Shown here: positions 1 through 11,436 of the stretch, piece after piece
Layout of the letters: every line of letters begins with the position of its first letter
How positions within the stretch are numbered: the first letter of the stretch is position 1
Assembly: GCA_964016885.1 (NCBI GenBank)
Contig: OZ024742.1
Coordinates: forward strand, 208,692,001-208,756,000
Origin: Eledone cirrhosa
Taxonomy: Eukaryota
Direction: 5' to 3'
DNA length: 64,000 nucleotides
The notes under the pieces: generated by a model
What the model was told of the DNA's origin: nothing
Databases searched by the model: none
Seen by the model: the letters and a program-made list of their open reading frames with translations, nothing else
Translations under genes and position numbers: made by a program

Positions 1-152
1 AAAAAACCAAAAATCAAAATCAAAACAGCACAGCAGCAACGAAAAAAGTAAAGAAAAGAAAAGAAAAAAGAAAAAAGAAAAGAAAAAAGAAAAGAAAAAA
101 GAAAGAAAAAAAAGGAAAAACAAACAGACAGACAGAGAAGGGAAAAAAAAAA
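1..152. repeat. A-rich low-complexity tract, (GAAAA)n-like
   Basis: Repeated gaaaa/aaaaag units seen directly. Confidence 0.8.
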
Positions 153-239
153 CAAAGTCAGACATTCAAACATTACTTACAATGAAACTTATTCTTTTGG
201 GGAGGGGGGGGTTTACCTATTCGTTTGTTTGTTTATTTA

Positions 240-3200
240 TGTTCGTCTACAGCGTAATAGTACCACACTAAAATCACCGGTGGTTATGTAACCATACATT
301 CACCAATCCTCGATATGAGTGTTTAAATGTCGAACCTAAACAGTTCGAATAACGCTGAAGTGGAGACTGGAATGTCATGTGATAGACTCTCACCCAGCAG
401 GTGCTGCCTGGCTCAGCAGCAGGGACCTTGCTGTCAACCAAATACTGCTGGTGTCGGAGAAGAAGAAGGAAATGGACCACAACCAACTGGACGAAAGAAT
501 TGAATAGAACTGTTATGCAATGTTACCTGAAGAGTAACTCCAAGGAGAAATGCTATAGGAAACTGATGCATAACATCTGGAAAGAGATTGGTCTATTTAA
601 ATTAGATGAACAATAATGGGCCGGGCAGGCTCGGGTAATAAGAACTAATGGGTCGATAAGCGAGCTGGAACTGGAGGAACTGAGCAGAGAGATTAGGTTG
701 GAAATGGAGAGTGGAGTATGCCAGGCAAACGAGCCATAGGGAAATGAAGGTGAAGATGATGAGAGAACGGAGGAACCATCCGAACCAGACAATGATCTGA
801 ATGCCGAAATAAATAATACCTGGAACAAAGATACGGCCATTGAGGAGATGAATGCTGACGGGCTAGGACATGATTTGGTTGATATCCTAAACTTAGTGGT
901 AGATGAATTGAACAATGATAGTGGGAAATCTATGAACCTAAGATTTGTAGACAGGAAAATGTTAAAAAAACAACTGCTAAGGTAAACAAAGTCATCCCAT
1001 ACCTTGAGGCGAGGAGCCTTCACCAGTGCAACAATATCCTCAAAGCAACAGCAAATGCGGTGAGGAAATTACTTGGCATAAAAGCGAGAGGAAACAACAA
1101 ACAAGAAAGATCAGAACCTTGGTGGCAGAAACGACTGAATGGTCAAATCAGGGAAATGAGAAATGAAATTGGAAAGCTTGAGTCCCTACTGAATGGGACA
1201 CTGAAAAACATAGACACTAAAAATAGACTGGAAATAAAGTACAAAACTAGGAGGAAAAAGCTAAATATTATCATAGAGGAACTGAAGCAACGCATTGTAG
1301 CAAAGAGTGCAAAGATTAGGCGATACGAGAGCAGAGTCAGTCAGTATAGACAGAACCGCATGTTTGACAACAACCAGAAGATGTTGTTTGGACAGCTTGA
1401 AGGGAAAGAAAGAGGCAAAGACTCGATCCCTGAGGCGGAACAAACTAAGACATTCTGGAGAGGAATATGGGAGCAGGATGTTAAATATAAGGACCAGGCA
1501 GTGTGGATTGAGACAGTACAAAAGGAGATTAGTAAACAGGCACACCAACAAACTGATTTGAGTATCACAGTTGAAACCTTTAAGGGGCTGGCCAAAATAC
1601 TAACCAACTGGAAATCCCCAGGCCCAGATGGTGTGCATGGGTATTGGATTAAAAATATAACATCCCTCCACCCGAAACTGACCACCATGTTCAATGACTG
1701 ATTGATGTCAGGTGAGGTACCAGAGTGGTTGACAAAAGGTACCACAGTTCTGGTAATGAAAGACCGAATCAAGGGTAATGATGTTACCAACTATAGACCT
1801 ATCACATGTCTGTCCGTAATGTGGAAACTGTTGACAAGCATTGTGTCTGAGGAAATCTACCATCACATCCACACAAACAACTTGTTACCGGACGAACAGA
1901 AAGGATGCCGAAAGAAGTCCCGTGGTACAAAGAACCAGTTACTTATTGATAAGATGGTAATGAGGAATTGCAAGAGGAGACACACTGGTCTTGCCATGGG
2001 ATGGATTGACTACAAAACGGCATTTGACATTCTTGGATAACCAAAAGCCTAGAGATCTTCAAGGTGGCAGATAACATCAGACAGTTGTTGGGCAAAAGTA
2101 TGAAGTCCTGGAAAACAGAGTTAACACCAGCTGGAGAATCCTTGGGAGGCATGAAGATCAAGAGAGGTATCTTCCAGGGAGATAGTATGTCCCCTCTGTT
2201 GTTTGTCCTTGCTCTGATGCCTCTGACCATTATACTGCGAAAAGTGAGAGCAGGATACAAGTTCGTAAAGGGTGAGCTTACCATCAATGACCTCCTCTTC
2301 ATGGACGATCTTAAGCTCTTCGGGAAGAGTGAGAAGGAGTTGGATGTGCTTGTTGACACTGTCCGTATTTTCAGCAATGATAAATATATGCTATTTGGTA
2401 TTAATAAGTGTGGAGTCCTAGTGATGAAGTGGGGTAAATTGAGCAGAAGTAACGGAATCCAGGTACCAACATGTGAGATGATAAAAGAAATTGATACTGA
2501 AGAAGGATACAACTATTTGGGTGTTTTGGAGGCTGATGATATCAAGAACAAAAAAATGAAGGAATTGATAAGATCTGAATACATTCGGGGAGTAAGGAGC
2601 GTATTAAAGTCACATCTGAACAGTAGGAATGCCATAAGGTCAGTAAATTCCCGAGCTGTGTCTATTATTAGGTACTGTGCGGGAATTCTGAGATGGAATG
2701 TTGCTGAACAAAAATAAATGGATAGGAAGACTAGGAAGCTATTGACTTCTACAACATGTTCTACAAGAGGAGTGATGTCGATAGACTCTACTTAAGGAGA
2801 TCTGAAGGAGATCAGCATAGAGGACTGTGTTCAGATGGAGAAAAACAACCTACACAAATACGTGACTGATAGTAAGGAGCCAATGCTCAGAATTGTACTG
2901 AAGGAGAGAACAATAGACCAGCGCATGCCCGAGGAGGAAATAACAAGGAGAAAGATCAGCCTTCATGAAAAATCCCTTCATAGAACGTTCTTTGAGAAAA
3001 CTGAATTCAGAGATCCACAGACATGGAACTGGTTAAAAAGAGGAGACCTTGAAAAGGCTACAGAAGGAATGCTAATGGCATCGCAAGAGCAGGCCTTCAA
3101 CACGAAGTGTTTGAAACACCATATTTACAAGGAGGAGGGTATCCCACTGTGTAGGATCTGTGGAGAGAGAGAGGAGACTGTGGCTCACATTGTATCCGAG

Positions 3201-3778
3201 TGTAAACACCTAGCCCAGACTCACTATAAAGGCTGGAGATATGATGTGATGGGCAGGGTGATCCACTAGCACCTATGCAAGGTAAACAATTTACCAAATT
3301 CTGAGAAGTGGTATGAGCATAAGCCAGAGTCGGTGATAGAAAACGATCAGGTGAAGGTGCTGTGGGATTTTAGGATACAGACGGACAAGAAACTGGAACA
3401 CAATTGACCTGACCTGGTGGTTTTGGACAAGGAAAAAAGATCGTGTCTGTTGTAGCCTGCCCATTCAAAACGAGAGTGCAAGAGAAGTAAGGGGAGAAAA
3501 TTAACCGATACCAGGAGGTAAAAAAGGATTTGGAACTGCCATGAAGTCAAAGTGGTCCCCATTGTCATAGGCGCACTAGATACTATCTCAAAGAGTTTCC
3601 AAGGATGGTTAAAGAAAATTAATCCAGCCCCGCTTTGTGGAACACTTCAAAAGGCATGCTTGCTGGGAACAGCAAGAAGCCTGCGATACATCCTGAATAT
3701 CTGAGGCTGCAGGTAGCGGCTTGATATTCATTTCAACAAACTTTCCAGTTAAATAACATCAATGACTGAGACTAAAAG
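240..3778 (+). mobile_element. R4/Dong-clade non-LTR retrotransposon (RT + CCHC + restriction-like endonuclease), subfamily A, near full length, degraded
   Basis: ORF pieces with [58 protein letters not shown] and an RLE remnant; many stops and frameshifts; ends at (AAT)n 3779-3796. Confidence 0.9.
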
Positions 3779-3796
3779 AATAATAATAATAATAAT

Positions 3797-6700
3797 GATT
3801 TCCTTATTGGCCACCAGGGCTGACATCAAGAAAAATATTACAGACAGCACAGGACGGTATAGGATGGTACGATGTGGGTTTTGTGCGTGTACATATTTTT
3901 ATTATTTATATAAGAAAAGAAAAGGGAAAAAGACATAGAAACATATATATATAAACAATAAAAATAAAAATTCAAACAATGAAAAATTCCCCAATAGGTG
4001 TGAAACCTCCGAGGCTCACTCGTGCCGAGAACCACACACAAGACCACCGCTACCTTGACCACCAGGGCAAGCGCCCTCTCTCTATTTATCAATCTCTCAA
4101 ACTACAGGCGTCTATTCAGAGCGATCCCGTTCACTCGGACCATTCTCGCTACATTCACCCACCTTTCAGTAAACTTGCTAGAAGGCAGCACTTTCCTCTC
4201 CACCCTGATTTTCCTCTTCAACTGAAACTTGAAAAAGTTAATTAGGAATTCGCCGAAGAGGAAAGTGTCTGTCTTTAACCCTTTCAACCTTGTCCACCGC
4301 ACAATCTCTTTCGCCATGGCCACCAGGCAGATGAAACCGCTTGCCCTTCCTCCTCAAAGGAAGACGCCGAGACCATCTGCACAATGGACTCAGTCGATTG
4401 GACAGCCGACAGCAACTGCTCGACATAGCTCCACAAGTCAGCAATGCTCGGGCACTGAACGAGTGAGTGTACGACGGTTTCGTCGCTCTACGCGCATCTC
4501 GGACAGCCTCGGCTGACGGCATTTCCGTGCCTGTAGAGCTTCTCTCGAACCGGCAACGATCCCCGGTAGCACTGCCAGGCCAGGGATTTGTGGAAGTTAT
4601 CCATAGGCCCTGGGCTGAAAGTTCTCAGGAAGAGAGCAAACAGCTGATCTTCGACGCCCAGGATCTCTCCGAGAACGTCGTCGCTCTTCCCCTCCACTAG
4701 TCCTCTATAGAACGCCGAGGTGGATGTTCCACCGATACAGGTGCCCAGCTGGCAGACGGCAGTGAGCGCCAGGAGACATTCCAGTTTCCACGCGCTAACC
4801 CTCGGTCGTTTCCTGACCCAGGACTGCAGCTCCGTCAAGGTGACGAGCTGTGGGAAAACGTGCCTGGCGAACGGCGACCACACCTGTTCACCGCCATGTA
4901 AGCACCAAAGACGTCGCAGCCTCAGCGCATGTTTGCGCATCGTCAGCCATGGCATGCCCAGTCCTCCACGCAACGGGTGTTGACAGAAGATGGATCGTCT
5001 GACCATGGGAGCGCGTCCCTTTCACAAAAGCGGAAGAGGAGACGCTCCATATTGGTGAGAGTTGGGCCGGGGCAAGGGACGACGGTGAGGCGGTAGCAGA
5101 TGACGGATGCGATGTACGCATTCGCCACCTCCTATCGGCCTTTCAGGGACAGCCTCCTCTCAGCACATTAGTGGATGAGAGAAGCCACCCTGCTCGTCAC
5201 CTCGCTCCAGTTTTTCGCCATCTGAAGGTCTGGTCCGAACCAGACCCTGAGCAATTTAACCGGTCCATCCGTCCAACGGACGATTTACCCCTCGTGCAAT
5301 TAGTTATCGCTTCCCCTATTTCACCGGCTGTTGTTGGCTTTTCGCAACACTGTGCTGCGGTCCTCGAGAGTCGAGGCAGTCCGTCGAGGTATGCACTGAA
5401 ATCCATACCCCCATACCGCCTCTACAACCCGAGCCCATTGGACCGCTTTTGTCCCCTCGTGTTGCAGAGCACGCGCTCTAGCTCTGACAACGCAGCCTTC
5501 GTGTTTTGCGTTGAAGAATTGGTCGAGTGCCAATCTCGGCGCAAGCACGTCGGTTGCGATGCCTGTCCTAAACGCCTCTTCTAGCTCTCCCTCTACTCTA
5601 TTTTCCTCCATCACTACTCACTTGCTAAACCTAACCGACTCTACTTTAATTGCCCTTTTCAGGGCGAACCACCACCTGTTGTTGACGACCGCCTCGTCAA
5701 CGCCCACTTAACTAATACGCTATTCCGGTCTCTGTAACCTTTGCGCGCCGGGAAAGACGTGTTCAGCTTCCCGTAACCGGGCCCTTGTCTATGAAGCCTG
5801 TCTATATCGATCTCACACTTCACAAATTTGAGGTCTGTGTAGTTGACTATTTTAAATTGTGGACAACTTATACTAGCCTTATCTAGTTCTCTGCAGAATA
5901 CTCTATCTAGATACGATCTGGATGACCCGATGCGCTTTGTCCATGTCTACCTTGGCACATACAGGTGATCCAATCGATACCTGTCAGACAGTTCAAAACG
6001 TCTGAGCAGTTTGGTGAGGCTCTTGCACCCTCCTACCCTGTCCACTAGCCCCACACAATCCCAGCGTGCATCCAAGATACCGCCCCAGTCGCCCACTAAC
6101 ACTAAAAATCAGGAGTCCAAGAAAGGTCTCTAGACGTCTGAAGACATCTGGCCGTCCTGCCCCAGTTGGGGCGTAGATGGCTACTAGCCTGAAAGCATTG
6201 CCTTCGCTGTCTGTCACGTCCAGCACCACCGACTTACATTCTGGGTCCAGGAAAAGGACGGCAACCCCTCCCCCGATCCTGGACGACTGGGAGATGCGTA
6301 AACATCGTAGCCGCCGAATATCGGTACGAGGGCTCGTGCCTCGGAGGTTCTGGTCTCGCTGATGGTCACCACATCTATGTTTAGTGACCTCATGTGGTTG
6401 AGCAGATGACCCTGCTTCCAAGATGACCCCAGGCCACGTGCATTTATACAGCCTATTCTAAGTACGGCCATGCTGGATGAGAAACGGGGCAAGTGAGAAA
6501 GGGTCACTTACCTTGATCGTGTGGTGAAGGGACAGTAGAACCCTCTGTTTGGCTGGTCATTGGTGTTTCCAAGAGGATGTCAGTGTATATCCTCTTGGTA
6601 ACCGACCCTCTGAAGTCTCCAACTGCGTTGGGGAATTTTTATTTTTAAAGTTTGTACTGTTCTATTTTGATATCAATGATGCTTATGCTTGTCGGGAGAG

Positions 6701-8766
6701 TTCTTGGTGTTGGTAGGGTGTAGTAGGTTATTTTTCTGTGATGTCTGTGTGCTGCTTTATATGTTGTATGGGTTCTTTATTTGCCATGTTTATGGCTGTG
6801 TACTTTTAGGTGTGGAGGGGTGATTTTGTTGCTGTTTTCTTCTTGTTGGTGTTTGGTGTGTGTGTGTTGTTGTGTTAGCGTTGTTGGTGTTTTTGATGAT
6901 GATGTTGTTGTTGGCGGTGGTGCTTGTGGTAGTGATGGTGATGGTGGTGTTGTTGCTGCAAGTCTCCTTGCAGCCTTTACCCCTCTTTGTGTGCCTTGCC
7001 TTTTGAAGGGTGAAGCTAAGGGTTTTTTCTTTTTTTCTTTTTTTGTGGCAGGCCAGTCGCCACATCACTCCCGCCTCAGACTCCATGTCAGATTCCGTTG
7101 TCTGGGAGAGGTATGTGCTCCACGGCTGTTGGTGGTTGTAGTAGAGCCCTCTCCGGCGATTTTGTTGCTGGTGCAGCTACTGAAAATGTAGCTAGTGGTG
7201 TTGCCGCCACTGATGCTGTTGCTTTAGTTGTCCGTGGCCTTGGTACGGGTGTCTCGGACGTTGCCCTCATACTCACCGTAGAAGGGGCTTCTTTGTTTGT
7301 TGACTGCCCTGCTCTTGGTAGCAGTGGACAGGTATTGGATGGAGAGGGGACTTCTTCTTCGCTGTCTTCTGAGGGCAAAAGGCCGTGAGGTGACCCTTTA
7401 ACCCACAGAGATAACATTTTGGCCGTCTTCCTTCCACGCTTATAGGGAGTTGGAGTCCGTCTCGAGGTCTATGATATCTGGGATAGCATCGATACAGTCC
7501 CGGTCAGTTTGTATAAGCATTTGCATGCCTATACCTGACCAGTTCTCTCTCCCTATTTTCTCCACTTGCAGCATGGTCGCCATGTTCTCAATTCCAGCAA
7601 GGACAGACGCGGCCAGCCAAGGTATGGGCACGTCGGGTGGGACCTGGATCACTTTGACCACCACAATTTTCTGCCCGAAGTAGGAGGGCACCAAGACTAT
7701 CCTCTCACTCTTTAGGGTTTCCAGAGAGTGAGACTTCACTTCTTGGGGTGGGGGGTGCGAAATATACGTCTACTGTGACGTACTTTCTGCCTCGGGTGAT
7801 GTGGATTTTGCGCGCCCAGACGCACCCAAAGGCCTTTTAGATTTGAGCCTCCGTGGATCTCTCCACCCGATGTGACATTTTGTTTACGGTGTGGTAAGTC
7901 ACCGTCCGTAGCTGCTGGTCCTTGAAAAAATCGGGTGAAGGTTTCAGGGAAACTCTATTGGCGTTTCTTGCCACTATTGCCCTTGCGACTGCCATCTCCC
8001 CCTCTGTGACTAACACTGTTTCGATATTTCGGGCCACACGTGCAAAGGAAGTGGTCCCTTTTTCAGCGGCACCACTATGGTTGCCGCTACTGTTCTTGCT
8101 GGTGGTGTGAGATCGCTGTTACAGTTATCGATGTCATTGTTGATATTTTCGTTGGTACTGTTGTTGCTGTTGTCGTTGTTGTTGTTTTCGTTGATACTAT
8201 TGCTGTTGTTATTATTGTTATTATTGTTGTTTTTGTTGATACTATTCCTACTCTTATTGTTGTTGTGGCTGTTGTTATTGACATTGTTATTGTCGTTCTC
8301 GACCTTACCGCTGTTATTTTTGTTGTTGCTGTTGTTATTGATGGTGTTGTTGTTGGTGTTATTGTTGGTGTTGTTTGTGTTAGAAATATTTGGTAATTTT
8401 AAATCTGTAACAATATCATTACAAATGCTATTGTTCTTCTTTTCCTTCGTAATATTTTCTTTTGTATTTATCTTCGCTGTTGATATGTTGACAAAATCTC
8501 CCTCTCTATGTGTTGTCTGACAGCGCTCTCTCTCTTTCTTGTGTTATCCATGTTGAAAGAAATTATTTTTTCAGATGATATTTTTACACAATACGACACC
8601 CCGTAAAGGGGTGCCGTATTATTTAAGAGTGAACCCCTGTATTAGGTGGGTCACTGCCTCTAAACTTTTATCAAGTTTAAAACTTGAATAAAAGGTTTAG
8701 AACGGTTGAAAACGAGGTAAACTGTTGAAAAAAAACTGGAGGCGATAAGAAACGTGGCTTACCTTC
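3797..8766 (-). mobile_element. Tx1-type (L1 clade) non-LTR retrotransposon, older degraded copy with RT core deleted
   Basis: APE start MAVLRIGCINARGLGSSWKQGHLLN (6214-6507); C-terminal pieces homologous to ORF 37114-40533; ORF1 remnants 6500-8550; (AAT)n on both sides. Confidence 0.9.
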
Positions 8767-9186
8767 AATAATAATAATAATAATAATAATAAGGGAAGAA
8801 GACGCACGTGGTGGATAGAATTTTATGGAATAGCTCCCGTAAGTTTTTGATTTTTAACATGTTTAAAACAATTGTGATATAACAATTCTTAGTACAAATG
8901 GGACATTAGGCCCCAGTCTTACCTCTCAGGAAATGAAGACCCATAATATCCTGTTATATGGCTCAGATGTTTAATTTTGTATTACAAATTTTACATTCAA
9001 TAAAGAAAATGTTTATAAATGGAAGAAAACCCTTCTGTCTACACTAAATAGAACAGCGAAATAACAGCAATTTCACCACCACCACAACCTAGATACACCA
9101 CAACTTTGTGTACGCTAAACACACCAGCCAGATAACGGCAATTTCACCACTACCACCACCACCACCAATCCAAGCATAATAATAAT

Positions 9187-9354
9187 TGTTTCTACTGTTG
9201 GCACAAGGCCAGCAATTATCCCAGTGTATTACTGGTACTTTATTTTATCGACCCCGTAAGGATGAAGGGCAAAGTTAACCTCGGCGGGATTTAAACTCAT
9301 AATGGCAAGAGCGTCAACGCATGGCGTCCGACCCTCTACCGATACTGCCAATTC
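9187..9354 (-). mobile_element. tRNA-derived SINE (octopod-like)
   Basis: Same ~185-bp family as 9377-9560; A-box-like TGGCAGTATCGG; flanked by (AAT)n. Confidence 0.85.
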
Positions 9355-9376
9355 AATAATAATAATTATTATTATT

Positions 9377-9560
9377 GTGGATTGGCAGTATCGGTAGAGG
9401 GTCAGACGCCATGCTTTGCAAGCAAAGAGTTACGGCCCTTTATTGTCTGAGTTCAAATCCCGCCTAGGTTAACTTTGCCTTTCATCCTTATGGGGTCGAT
9501 AAAATAAAGTACCAGTAATACACTGGAAAATTTGCTGGCCTTGTTCCAAAAGTAGAAACA
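9377..9560 (+). mobile_element. tRNA-derived SINE
   Basis: Pol III A-box-like TGGCAGTATCGGT, B-box GAGTTCAAATCCC, tail AGTAGAAACA followed by ATTATT. Confidence 0.85.
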
Positions 9561-10020
9561 ATTATTATTGTATCTCAAGTTTTCTCAAAATGTTTAATTC
9601 AAATATATATTAAACATAGGCGACAAACCGCATAGATATACAGATCAAACAAACGCATATTAGCTACAGTCTATTCAACAGAACTCAGTAGCTACAACGC
9701 CATCAATACAGTCACCGCCGCCACCATTCCATCATTGCTACCACTATCCCATCACCGTCGCCACCACTACATCATTGCTACCACCACTATTCCCCCACTA
9801 CCTTCTGTTAACTTAAGAAAGGAGAAGGTGTCGGTAACACTAGAGAAGGGAGACGCTAGCAAAAGATATAAATAGACTGACTTAGTGACCCGGTCAAACG
9901 TAAACGACTATAGGACTGCTGCCCCCTTCCCCACCAACAATAGAAAAAAGCACCTGCACCACCACCACCATAGCCAACAACAACAGGCAACTTCAACAAA
10001 AAGTATGTTATATTATTAAT

Positions 10021-10216
10021 TGTTTCTACTTTTGGCACAAGGCCAGCAATCATCCAGTGCATAACTGGTACTTTATTTTATCGACCCCGTATGTTATATT
10101 ATTAATAATAATAGTTTCTACTTTTGGCACAAGGCCAGATATGATCCAGTGTATTACTGGTACTTGATTTTATCGACCCCGTAAGGATGAAAGGCAAAGT
10201 TAACCTCGGCGGGATT
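10021..10216 (-). mobile_element. Two tandem 5'-truncated SINE 3' fragments
   Basis: 10021-10090 and 10113-10216 match the SINE tail; duplicated flank tatgttatattattaat. Confidence 0.75.
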
Positions 10217-10267
10217 TGGCCACAAGGGCTAACATGAAGAAAAACATTACAGACGGCAGAGAACGAC
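10215..10267 (-). mobile_element. Isolated Tx1 3'-UTR fragment
   Basis: ttggccacaagggctaacatgaagaaaaacattacagac closely matches 3807-3846. Confidence 0.7.
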
Positions 10268-10699
10268 TAATTTTTATTCAATCAGCTCTGTGGCTGAAGA
10301 TGTGAAAGGTACATATATATTTTTTTATATTTCCCCAATACAATTTTCTTTTCTACATTTTGGTCGATTGTGGCTAAATTTCAGATTTTGAAAGGAAAAT
10401 CGACGGTTGAAAGATCACTTCTCTCTCCCACCACCACATTCACACCAGTAAATCCCCAATCTATTTTTAGACTACTTTCACTGACTGCTACCTACCTCTC
10501 TTTTCTCATTATCTAATGTGTGGGTATATATATGCGTGTGTATATACATACGTGTATAACTATGTGTATAACTATGCACGTGTGAATGTATATTTATGTA
10601 TGTGTATGGAGCCCACACAACGGACAAAACAAAGGGGAAGAAAAAAAAGAATACAAGCAATCACACCCAACCCCCCCACACCCATTTACACCTCAGACT

Positions 10700-11436
10700 C
10701 AAGCATGGCACTCAATAAAGCCGATAAGTGGAAATCTGGTAGAGATAGCGTGCTAAATTTCTGGCTTTCCTCACTCACGTGCACTGGCAATATATTAGTC
10801 AATCTGTTCAACGGAATTATCAAAGATCCAAAATATACACCTGACTGGATAGCAAGTGGCATTACTTACCTTCTCCTAAAGAACAATGAAACTAAGGATA
10901 AAAAACTATCAGCCCACCACTTATAAGCTATTAACATCTATTTTCATGGAGAAATCATAGTACTTTTGGAGGACAATCTTTTTTCCCATTGAACAAAAAG
11001 AGTGCCGACGAGGTTCATGTGGTTGTAAAGATCAACTCTTGATTCAGCATATGATCCTTGAAAACTGTCATAATAAATACAGAAATCTCAGTTCTGCATG
11101 GATCCAATACAAAAAAGCTTTTGACAGCACACCGTACTCATGGCTTCTGAAATCACTGGACAACTTCAAAATCTCACCTGTGATTTCAAACTTCCTGAAA
11201 CACAATATGTCATTGAGGAACACAAATCTCCAATTATGTCATTCCAATAGAGTACTAAGTTCTAAGAATATAAACTTCAACTGTTGTATATTCCAAGGTA
11301 ACTCACTTTCACCCTTACTTTTTTGCATAGCATCAACGTGAGAGAAGAAACCTCTGCATGGCAAATATGTGGCCCGTAGCAAACAAGCTGATGTTGACCA
11401 AAAGCATATTCATCAGTGGCTACGTAGCTAGGGCTA
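10700..11436 (+). mobile_element. R4/Dong-type RT fragment, internally deleted
   Basis: Remnants KWKSGRD..NFWL, AWIQYKKAFDS, IFQGNSLSPLLFCIA, KPLHGKY..HQWL. Confidence 0.75.

Larger units (their letters stand above)
8793..9810 (+). mobile_element. Non-autonomous Helitron-like repeat 'X', interrupted by two SINEs
   Basis: 8793-8905 and 9740-9805 match the reverse complement of 33730-34094, whose other end has a Helitron-type hairpin + CTAG. Confidence 0.5.

Noticed and set aside
8040-8520. Poly-Leu/Val 'membrane' ORFs on the plus strand
   Set aside because: Antisense reading of the (AAC)n-rich N-terminus of Tx1 ORF1
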